DNA of 64,000 nucleotides from positions 744,001 to 808,000 of the forward strand of contig JAYWIR010000027.1 in NCBI GenBank assembly GCA_036172245.1, given 5' to 3'. Every line of letters begins with the position of its first letter. Position 1 is the stretch's first letter. This document shows, piece by piece, positions 49,501-60,600 of this stretch. This DNA comes from Raillietiella orientalis (lineage: Eukaryota). A model generated the notes under the pieces. It worked only from the letters and a program-made list of their open reading frames with translations. It was not told the DNA's origin and did not search any database. The position numbers and the translations under genes are program-made.

Positions 49501-52500
49501 GTTAAACTTTAGTAATGCAAGCGCGTCAATAAGTTTCCCGTAAATAATAAATCTTTTGGATTGCTAGAAATACGTGGCCCGTCGCCATAGTTAAATTTAT
49601 CCATTCGTCCTCGTGGCTGAGAGTGTTCGGGAGTTTTGTAGACGTCGGTAAGCTCGACTTGCTCTGGTTGCAGTGGAGCAAAAAACTGCATTTGTGTTCG
49701 ACACATCCACAGGCATCTTTGAGTAAACACCTTAAAATGGGAACGAGGGAGCTCAAGACATGTTTCTATCTTGAAGGTGCGTTTGAAAGGGCCTCTGTAT
49801 ACCCTTGGACTCTGCTTGGTTCTTCCACGTGATTCTTTCTTAGCGTGCGGCTGGCAAGTGTCCGTCATGGAACTGTTGCCAATTAAGGCGGACTGAAAGA
49901 GAAAGGCTTCACTGCTCATGAAAATGGTACAGACTCCGTGTTTGTGCGAATGTTGTCGCGTTCATTCTTTGACTGAAGTCATTCAGAAACCTAATATTAA
50001 TTGGAAAGGATTTTTTGTGAAGACAAATACGTGTTCGCGAATTCAATCTTTCGTGGAACGTAGGTCAGTACTGATGAGAGCGAGGTCGTCTATGCAATGA
50101 CGTGAAGGTTGCCCTCTAATCGTAAATGCCATTCTAATCGACTTTCCTCGGAGAAAGATGAATTCTGAGCACCCTGTTCATCATAGTAACGAGCGTGTTC
50201 GAAATCGCAATAATTTCATTTTTCCATGAGTTTCTGAATCTGTCTCTTTCTGATGCATTCATTGCCTGCTCGGGAGGTCACTGCAGATTTTAATGACACC
50301 TTCGTCATGCGCGTGTTCCTTGTGCTGGAAATCCGGGAAACTCGCGTATTTGATGCAGAACACATATCTTTACTCTTGCTGCCACGATCGCCATTGCTTG
50401 TCTAGGATATCTTTCATACGATATCGTGAAGGGTGAACAGTTGAACTAATTGTCTTTGTGCAGTTTTGCTAATCATTCCCTACGCTTTCAGACAGGTTCC
50501 GGAAAAACATATACCATGGGGACAGGTTTCGAGCAGAATATCCCTGAGCATGCTATCGGTATTATTCCCCGAGCTTTGCGATTGCTCTTCAGCAACATTC
50601 AAGAGAGAATCCAAGACGCAGCATCAAAACAAGAACCGTTGCCAGAATTCAAAATCAGTTCGGAGTTTGTTGAGTTATACAACGAGGAGATCCTTGATCT
50701 TTTAGATCCTGCAAAAGTTGTTTTCCGTGTGAGTATACCGAATCCTGGCATTGCGGGACCTCTGTACTTGTGCCATTGGCGAGAGCTTCGTTTCTGACGT
50801 GCTCCGGGTCGATAGTACGAATTATGATGTACGTTGGATTCAGGTTACCAATAGTTTGGGTAGATCTAGATAAATACTTTCGACCTATTTCTTTGAATAT
50901 TCGCATGTGCGTTTTGTCTGGACTGTCTGTCTGTGTGGTTAGATCGTTTTTTTATCCTGGATCCATACCGGTATCGAGAGCTGCCCCCATGATCCAGTAT
51001 CAATAGCGTTTCCTGAAAATATCAATTACCAGAACAAATGCATGCAGTTCATATGCAAATCGACCGTCTTTCACCACGCAATTTGGCATTTATCCAAACA
51101 TCAACTGTTTCCTTGTTGAGTGGACCTATTTTAGGTATCTTTGATGGGCCTGAACCTGTCATTGTCATGTCAACTCGTTAACTGCTCATGAGCAATTTGT
51201 ATGAGATCTTTTCTTGTCTGATCTGCACTCCTGGCCTGTTTAATTATGCTCGGGAACGATTAATGTTCTCGGGCATTCAGCGTCATTGCTCGCGGCACTC
51301 CAGGTGGTATCCCAGTTGGAACCAAGCAGCGCACTTCTCGGAAGCTCAGGTGGAAGATTGCATTGCAATTGAAGTGGTTTCGTCGATCCAGTAACTGAGG
51401 CAGACGGGTTGTACGAAGCCGTAGGAACTGATTTTTGATCACATCAAACATTCGACGTTCATTGCTGACTCAGTGGGAGGGCCTTCCCCGTTTCAACGAA
51501 GCGTTTCTTGCAGTCTTTTCTTGTTGCTGTGTTTTCTCTGTGCTTCTCATGGAGATTTCCTAGCTCCCCGTACGCGCGTGTTGGTCGCTGCCCTGCGATT
51601 CTTTGGACCTGCGAAAACAATCCGATTCCTTGCGGATCTCCTTGTGCTTGCGATGTGGATCAGTCTTTCTCCTCTTCCGTTGTTTTGATTGAAATGTCTC
51701 CTTTCGTCGTCAGTCGTTTTCTTATCGGTGTTTGGTTCGTCCACAACTAGGGATACCTTGGTTAGAGAGGTCTTCGTTTTACACCGAACGGTGGTGCCTC
51801 GTGCGCACCTAGCGTGGAAGTCACTCTGGGAGTAGACATCTTTTGATCAGTTTTGCGGACGTATGTGTTCATGGTAACAACATACTCGGCTGTTCTTCAT
51901 ATTGGTCTGTTGCATTCTGCAGGGAACGGACGCGCGCACTTGACCTTTTCTAAGAGGAACCTGATCAGAACTGTTGGGGAGAAACACTGCTTTTATCGCC
52001 TTGGTGGCACTTGGTCAATTTCTTGATTTCTTAGTAATGAACTTTGTTCTGCGTTAGCAGTGAACGACTGCTGTTTCCTCGCATTTAAAATTTTTGGATT
52101 CTGCCACGTAACTTTTGATGTAAAAAATCAGCAATTTGCCGAATTCTGTGTCCCTGCACGGCGACTTTTTTTTTTTTTTAATCTCATTTCTTTTTTTCTG
52201 GTTAGAAACCAATCCAGATCCATGAAGATTCCGACGGCTCTATTTTTACTGTCGGAGCTACCAACGTGGCGATCAATTCAGTGGAAGATGCACTGCGGTG
52301 CTTGCATTTAGGGACGTTGAACAGGGCTACCGCCAGCACGCAGATGAACGTGCAGTCATCTCGGTCGCACGCCATTTTCACACTTCACATCAAGCAGCAC
52401 AGAATCGTGAAATCCCAGGTACCGGCGCTCAGTGGCTCAGGTGCGATCACTTCCTGGGATCTTTAGATAACGGAAAGCGAATCCATATCTGAGGTGGAAA

Positions 52501-55500
52501 CCCTCTCGGCAAAGTTTCACTTCGTTGACCTGGCTGGATCGGAGCGCCTCAAGAGAACAGGAGCCACAGGTCAGCGCGCCAAAGAAGGAATATCCATTAA
52601 CTGCGGACTGGTATGGCATGGTTTCTCTGCCTCATGTGGCGTGTATTCACCTGTTTCGCGTCCAGCTGTCTCTGGGGAACGTCATTTCCGCGTTGGGGGA
52701 TAAATCCAGGAAAGTGTCGCACGTCCCATATCGGGACTCCAAGCTCACTCGTCTTCTCCAGGATTCTTTAGGAGGTATTTCCTTTTCTTTCGCCTTCGAC
52801 TTAAGAGTAATGAAGGTGTACTGAAATTTAGGAAATAGTCAGACAGTTATGATTGCTTGTGTTTCCCCTAGCGACTGTGATTTCATGGAAACACTCAACA
52901 CTCTCAAGTATGCCAATCGTGCACGAAACATATGCAATCGCTTGACTGTAAACCAAGACAAGTCGTCAAAAACCATTAGTCTTTTGAAACAGGAAATCGA
53001 ACGCCTGCAGGTGGAACTTCAGGAGTACAAGCAGGTGGGCTGCCTCATCTTCCGCTGCTGCCACGGAGGCGGCCTCCTTTCCCTTTCAGGGAAAGCGTCT
53101 GGTGAACGCGGACGGTTCGGAGCAACTCAACGACGTCTTTTACGAAAACCAGTTGCTGCTGAAGGATAACAATGGTCTTCGCATGCGCATCCATGCGCTC
53201 CAAAGCAATGTCGACAGGCTGCAAGCCTGCAACCTTGAGCTGCAGATGAAACAGGAAACATGGAAGTGGATCTCTTCCGGTAAGCCGGCCGCTCGAGTTT
53301 TGACGAATCACTACCGGATCATCCCGCTGCAGGTGGGGAGTCAGGGAGGGAGTTCGAGATCGTGCGTGGGTATCTCCAGGAGATCGAAGCGCTGCGAGCG
53401 CGCTTAATCGAATCAGAGGCTATGTGCAAGCAGTACAGGCAAAAGAGCCCGTTGCAGCCGGGGACCCGCCCGTCCATCTGTTGCATCTCGCCCATGGAAG
53501 GTCGGTATCCGGACTTGGCCGGCAATGCGGTTCCAACCCCAAACTCCCGAAGGCCCCCTGAGCGGGACTCCGGAAATACTGGAGCTCGCGAAGAAGGACG
53601 TGAAGAAACAGCATCGGCTGCTGCAGAGGCGTCTTCAGAGAAAGAACTCGGTTTCAGAGGACCCGGTGTTCCCTCAAAACAGCGACATGAGCACCGACGA
53701 GAAAATCGAGAGGAACGGGACCTTGACGTCCGAGGAGAGCGACATTACCAACAGCGAAGAGGATCCCAACACAGACGAAAGTGCGTGCGTCTCCGCCGCA
53801 GCCTTCCAAGGTCGCGCGTGATCGCGCTTTCCCCCTTTTTTTTTTTTCTTTGCAGACAAAGAGGCGTACAGCAATGAATTGACCTCCTTGATCGAGAAAA
53901 TCAACATGAAACAGAAACTTATAGATGAGCTCGAAGCTAGCCAGCATAAGATAGATAGCATGAAGCAACAATACGAAGAGAAGCTGATGCTGCTTCAGGA
54001 ACAGATTCGGTCCATCAAGAGCGAACGCGACTCCATTCTATCATCACTGAGTAAGCAAAACCGCAGAAGCGGCTACGACACGAAAGTTTCACTCGTTCAC
54101 GCCTATGTGTATCCCTATCCGTGCCTTCTCCAGATCAAGCCTCAAACGAAGAGCACGAGAAGATCCAGCAGGTGAAGCAGGAGTATCAGGCCAAGCTGTT
54201 AGATGCGCAGAATGAGCTGAAGAAGCTCCGGAAAGCTCAGCGAGAGCACAATAGACTCCTGAAAGAGCAGGAGCGCACCCAGAATGTTCTGAAGCAACTG
54301 AAAACGGAGCTTGTCGAGATGAAGAGCGCCAAGGTTTACGTCAGCCTCGTTCCCCCTCTCCTGACGCTTCCTTTCAGGTCAAACTCATGCACGCGATGAA
54401 GCAGTCGGCTGCCCGGTACAGAGAGTCGGAATTGCTGAAGAACAAAGAAGTGACTCAGCTTCGCAAAGAGCAGTTCAAGAAGGAAGCACGGATCGCCCAG
54501 CTAGAAGCGGAACGCCAGCGCAAAGACGTCCTGTTGCGTAGGAAGCAAGAGCAAGTGACCGCGCTGCAACGGCTGGCCAAGGGGAGTCTCAGCGACAAAG
54601 CCGCAGGAATTGCCAACGGCAAAAGGAATGAGAAGAGCTTCTCGCGTTCTCTGCGTTCCCGCTGGAACCAGCTAGAAGCCGACATCCAGCGCTCTGCTCA
54701 CCACCGCCTCCTGTTCGACTCAAAGACCATGGAGATGGAGAGGTAAAAGAATGTCCCGCCTATCGGCCAAGCTGCTTCCCCTCAAGGCACTGGCCTGTTC
54801 CTCCTCCTCAGGTTTCTGAGGAAGCGAGAGCATCTTAGCAGACGCCTGCAACGGAAGAAGAAGTTGCTGAAGCGTTTGCTGGAAAAAGGCGTTAGCCCAA
54901 GCTTAGTGCAGGAAAAGCAGGACGAAATCGAGGTCATCTCGGACCGCATTACCCACCTTAAGAGTCGCGTGGAAGCCAGTCAGCAGGAGATTAGCCAGCT
55001 GGACGTCGAGGTGAGGAGGAGAGAGTGTATAGGGGGAGGGCGGGTGGGTGGGGATGATTTTCTCCTGATAGTGGTGGGAAAACCCTAACTTATAGGAACC
55101 CGTCAATGTGGCCTGCTGGCTCAACAGACTTAGTCCCAAAGATGCTGCATACCTACTGAGGAAGCTTGTAGACATGGCCATATGCCAAATCTCTACATTG
55201 GGTCTTAAGGAAACTGAGCTACAGACATGCCAGGAGCGGCTCTCCGAGCTGCTCGGCCATGGCTCCAGGATGGCCATTGGCCAGAATGAGATGGAGTTTG
55301 CACGCACGAGGAGCGGTGCGAGGGTGGAGATGCCTAAACTGTCTTCCCTCTCCTCCTCCTCCTCCTCCTCCTCCTCATGCTGCTCTTCGGACGGGTGAGC
55401 GCAGTTGCACTGATGCCAGGAGACCGGTCAGGAACCAGGGGCGGCTTTCCAGGTCGTCCGGTCGCTCGTGCTATCCCGAAATGGCCAGGAAGAGGAAGGC

Positions 55501-57526
55501 TACGAGGGAGCAGCTTCTGTACAACAGCACAGAATACCGGGACACTGAAAAAAGCTGTTTGACCAGAACTATCTCTCAGGCTTCCAGTCTGGACACGGAT
55601 GATGCGATGATGTGCGTTTTGCCCTTCTCAAGGGAAGGGAAGTGGCGGTTTCCAACTGCCACGTTGATTCATCTTATGCCCGTTGCAGATCATTGCCGAA
55701 CATCACCGATGATTTGCTAAACCCCCAGTGGATTCACACTTCTGACAAAGAAAGAACTCTGCAAATATCGCCCCAGGCAGAAGACAGCAGGTTCGTCTTG
55801 AGGCAGGATGCAAGTAGTAGTGCTTTCTTGCATTCTGTTTTTCTTCTTTCCTATGTTTTTCCTCTCTATCCTTTTCCAGACCCCACGATTATGGACTGGC
55901 TGCCCAGGGCCGCAAGACAGCTCGCGATGCCGATGTGTTCTCTAGATTGACCTCTGGCACGATGGGCGCTCACCGCGTGCAACCGTGCAAAGGCACCATC
56001 CGTGCCATTTGCAGGACGGACATGAAGGATGCACTTGTGCTGACCCACATCGCCGAGGGCCACTCGAAAGCTGTCCTGTCCCTGGACATCTCAGATTCCC
56101 TCCTCTTCAGCTCTTCCAAAGGTAGTGCGCGCACGTGACTTCTCCTTTGCCTGTCGCCCCCGATGCTGACTCGTACCTCCCCGTGTTGTCGGGGTCCCGC
56201 CTCCTTCCAGACCGTACCGTCAAGGTATGGGACCTGGAACAAGGCCTCGAGCTGCAGGCCCTGGGCCCCCATCCCGGCTCGGTACTGAGGGTTCGCTACT
56301 CTCCCTTACATCGACTCGTGTTCACAGTCTGCACTTCTTACGTCCGCGTCTGGGATCTCCGGCAGTCTCCCAACTCTCCTCTTGTCCGCATCCTCAGGTA
56401 AAAAAAAAAAAAAAAAAAAAAGGACAGGGTGCATCAACGCCCTCACGAGTCGTTCTCCCCATGACCCTGTGACAACAGCTCTCAGGGAGTGACTTACCCG
56501 GGGAACTGCAACTCGACGCCGCGGGTGGCTGGCGACCTGGGAATCAACGACCTGGCGCTGGCCGGCAATCTGGCGTACACCGCTGCCCAGGACAAGGTGC
56601 GCGTCTGGGACCTGCGGAAGATGACCGCCATCGCCAAGCTCCATGGGCACCAGGCAGCTGTGATGTGCCTCGCGGCGCTCGGTTCCCAGGTGGTCACTGG
56701 CTCCAAGGATCATTACATCAAGGTGAATTTCTAGCCGGAGTCCATATGTGCCGTGCCAGGCGGCCGACTCCAACCGGCATCGTTTGCCCTCTCCGCCCTC
56801 CACTCCTTTCCCATAGATCTTCGACGTAACTCAAGACTGCTATGGCACTGTGGGCGCCGTCGCCAACCTGGAACCTCCCCACTACGACGGCATTCAGTGC
56901 TTGGCTCAAGATGACAATCTGCTGTTCTCGGGCTCCCGGGACGCGTGCATCAAAAAGTGGAATGTGTCTTCCAGGGATCACGTTCAGGTTTCCAGCCGCT
57001 TCTGTTCCTTCTTTCTTTATTCCTCCATCTCACTCCTTCGCTCATGCCGAGTGTTCTTTCCCGTGACTTTGTCGCTCGCGGAGCACGGAGCAATTCTTTT
57101 TGTAACCCTTCCCTCCTCCTCCTCCTCCATTTTCTTCCTCTCTTTAGTTTCCGTACGCATTCCCTCATGCCCGCGGTCCCCTTAGTCCGGTTCTTTGCAT
57201 TCTTTTCCTAGACCGTTAGCCAGGCGCACAAGGACTGGATCTGCGGGCTGGCATTCATCCCCGGTCAGGACCTGCTGGTGTCGGGCTGCAGGAGCGGCGT
57301 GATGCGCGTGTGGCAGGCGGACACGTGCGCGATGCACGAGAGCATCAAAGCCCACAATGAGGCCATCAACGCGCTGGCGGTGCACAAGAACGGCACCATC
57401 TACTCCGCATCCAGGTGAGCTCGGGCGCTCCTGAGAGGGGGCGCGGTGGCTCCAACCCAGGATCTGAGTAGCTCCGGAGACATCGGCTGTTGGCGCCTTC
57501 TGGCCGAACAGAAGAACAATCCGTAG
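43558..57526 (+). CDS. KIF21: Kinesin-4 family KIF21A/B-like motor protein (N-terminal motor, coiled-coil stalk, C-terminal WD40 propeller), ~1455 aa, 23 coding exons
   Basis: Exons 43558-43589, 49058-49280, 50492-50728, 52206-52418, 52467-52610, 52666-52774, 52832-53034, 53090-53279, 53333-53500, 53553-53780, 53856-54050, 54134-54333, 54378-54742, 54812-55010, 55096-55394, 55453-55611, 55689-55790, 55880-56121, 56211-56397, 56479-56722, 56817-56987, 57212-57414, 57472-57526. All introns are GT-AG; total 4368 nt, divisible by 3. Motifs: [26 protein letters not shown] (P-loop), [52 protein letters not shown]21-type segments [43 protein letters not shown]40 repeats (GHSKAV, GHQAAVM, AHKDW). Confidence 0.96.
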
Positions 57527-57546
57527 GGTTCCGAGCTGTGACTTCG

Positions 57547-57560
57547 ATTGTGATAGCAAC
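57547..57560 (+). promoter_or_regulatory. X-box (RFX-site)-like motif upstream of the EFCAB10-like ATG
   Basis: ATTGTGATAGCAAC matches 13/14 positions of the X-box consensus RTHNYYWTRRNRAC and ends 86 nt before the ATG at 57646. Confidence 0.4.
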
Positions 57561-57645
57561 AATACGGGTGTCTTCGACAATGCCCTCCCCCCCCCCTTCC
57601 GAGCTCTGCACGAAGTGTCCGCCTCCACCTCAGCTCGCGCGCGCC

Positions 57646-60600
57646 ATGGCCATCCCATCGGACAAAGCCGACGAGTACTTGAAAGCGCATGGCGTGCAGA
57701 AACTGTTGGAGTTCCTGTACGTGCACGTCCTCCTGTCTGTGCCAGGCAAGTTTCCTTTTGTAACTGCAAATCACGTGTCATATTTTCCTAATAAACGAGC
57801 TGCACTCCTGGCGCCATCGTTTCGTGTTTGCTTTCCGTCTTCTCCTGCACTTCCCCCGCGAGGGAAGGAGCTTGCGCCGCGCAGCCGGACCTACTGCGAC
57901 GGCGCAGCAGTTGCAGGTGCTGTCGGGGAAGTCAGGGGGGGGGGGGAGGAACCCGCCCTCCCCTTCCTCGGGGAGAGGGGAGCAGCCGTGCTGCCCGCCC
58001 ACTGCCTTCCCCTGGGAGCGGTTCGCCGCGCCACGCGGCTATCCCGCCCGCTCGCATCAGTCATTTTGGTGCTCGGGCGGCGCCTTCCGCGCGTGTGGTG
58101 GAGCAGTGCGTCGAATGTCACCCGCCGCGCCCCTGCTTGTCACGCAGGAAGGAAGAAAATCACGAAATTGTTCGGGCACGGGGAGGTCGGCCTTCCTATC
58201 CAGGGGAGGCGAGGCCGGTGAGGTTGCCCCGCCAAAGTGTGCAACTCGCGTGTGTCGCTGGCGGTGCGGAGGAGGCTCGCGTTCACCAGGGTGCTGGCGC
58301 GCGCGTTGGCCGTTCCTCCTGCTGATTGGCGGGAACTCCTCCTCCTTGAAGCCAGAAAGAACGTAAGTGGTGCTTCCTCGCAGCGGCTCCAGCACTGCAC
58401 ATGAAGAAGAATTTTTCACTGCCTGTCACAGAGGATGGATCCTCCTTGGTTTCTCCTTCCTCCGCGTGACGGCAGCTGCGTAGCACCTTGCCGTGTACTC
58501 GGAAAATTCACACCCTGAGCAGTTGGGCGCGGAAGAAATCGCGCCAGTGTGACGGGGCACCCGCGATCGGTCTTGCTTTCTCTCTCCCCTGTGGCGTGTT
58601 CGCTCCTCGTCCCAGGTCCATGAGTCACTCGTCTCGTTTGGCGGCGCCGTCACCCCGAGCAGCCGTGACGTAGCAGCTTGAACAGCTGTCCACTACTCGG
58701 GGCTGTCGATGTCATTGTGGGCACGGTGCTCCTTCCTCACACGACTGGCATCCCTGGAAGGGTCCGTTCGGCAGAATCAAGGGAGTGCGTTCCTCCGTCC
58801 CGCCAGAGCCGAGCGGGGTGCTTCCCGGAGGCGGGAACGAGTCGTCAGCCGCATTCGTGGTGGATTCCCCCGCTTTCCCGCGCTGCCTCTCGTGACCCTT
58901 TTTTAAAGGGTTTCTGGCCTTGACGCGCAAAGAGCACACAGCACCTCTGGACGGGTGATTCAGAAAGTGTGCCCACAGCGGGCCGAGGTTCCTCGCCTAG
59001 CGGGGAGGGGGGGGGGGCGCAAAAGGTAGACCCCGAATGCGTTTTGTCTTTGCATCGTTCCGAAATTGCGAATTCACCGGATGCGCGGGGAGTGCACAAG
59101 GTGCTTTAGGAATTGGCTGACTCGCACGTGGTTCTTCGGTGCACGCGCGCGTCGCGAATCTCTTGAGGGCAGAGTCCTAAGCGTTGCCAAGGCAACGGAA
59201 GCGGGCGGACGGACGGGCGGGCGCTTCTCTCAGGTGCAGGCCAGTTCTTTCCCGTCTTCAGCCATGCGTCCCTCGTCTCTTTCATTTTCCCGTTTGTTTC
59301 ATTTATTTGCGCGTGCAAATCGATTCTTATCGTTGCTTCACGCTCCTTTTCGGTTCTCTTTTCGCGACTTACTCCCTACTACCTTTGCTCCCTCGAGGGT
59401 TTCTTCAGGTTCATTTTTCTTTCTTCTCCTCCGGTATCCCAGTGCGACGGCCTACCTTCCACTTCCACTACCACCTTGCTGGAGGTCCTTTCCAAGTGCC
59501 TCCAAAGGAACTCCAGCTTTTCTCCTCCTCCTTATTCCGGATTCTGTTTCCGGTCCTTTTTTGCACGGAGAGGGAGAGGCGTGAAAGGCGGCGCGCAGTT
59601 GGCAGTGACGTAATTTATGACGTATGCGTTCTCCTGACCACGTAACGCGCCGGCCGCTCCATACGAAACGCGATGTTGCCTTCGAACGGACGGCGGGCGC
59701 CATCCGATGCAAGCGGCTTCGGCGAAATGTTGGGTGGCTCCACCTTTGGATGGCGATTTGAACTCAGCAAGGGGTGGGCGTTGCGGGAGGAGGACTCTTA
59801 TTTGAAGCGACCTTCCCGTTTCGTTCTTTGCCCGAGGCTGTTTATCCAGCCAGCTCGTGCAAAAGTCCCTCTCGCGACCTCCAACCCTCTCCTCGTAAGT
59901 GCCGTGTAGAATACGGCGCCGCCGGTCCTCCTCTTCCTGGTGTCTTCATGATCGTCTTGTAGCCCAGCGTCCGTGCCCATCAGCGGAGTCCAGTGGACGG
60001 CTGAGGACCGTCCTAAGGATGTTGAGTGCACATCAGCGGAGGCGCGGCCCCTGGTGTCCCGCGTTAGGCCACGGGTGTCAGAACCAAGCATGGTGCTCCA
60101 CGTCCACAGCGGCGTCGCCGTTGCCTGGACAGCGGAGGAAGCGAGGCTGAGAATCGTCGGGGTGTTTTCATCCCGGATTCCTAGGAAAACTATGCAGAGT
60201 GACGGAATGAATGAAAGTGAGAACCTATGTAGAGTTTTCCCAAGATGTCGGGGACGGAGCGAGACTTCTTTATTCCGCGAGTGCGCAACCTCCTGGGGCG
60301 AATGGGGGGGGGGACGAAGGCCGTGCATCGCATCCGGCGCTGATTCCTGCGGGTGGACACTCGACGGACAGCAAAAGCAAAAGACCGAAAGAAAAAAGAT
60401 AAGCGCTGTCCCTTTGGCCTTCGAGATCAGGAACGGAAGCTCCTCTCGCTGGCGCGCTCGTTTCCCTTCTCCCCTCCGATCCTCCGACAAGGCCCCGTCC
60501 CGGACCGAGCGAAGAGGATCGGGCGCGCGCTGCTGTGCATGTGTGCGCGCCCAGTCCTGTCTTCAAGCCGGATTCCCCGGTTCCCTTGGTCGGAAGGCGG

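Noticed and set aside
56400..56421. A22 run immediately after the exon-19 donor, considered as a retro-insertion tail
   Set aside because: No element body or TSD; long homopolymers are common throughout the window. It could cause oligo-dT mispriming artefacts.
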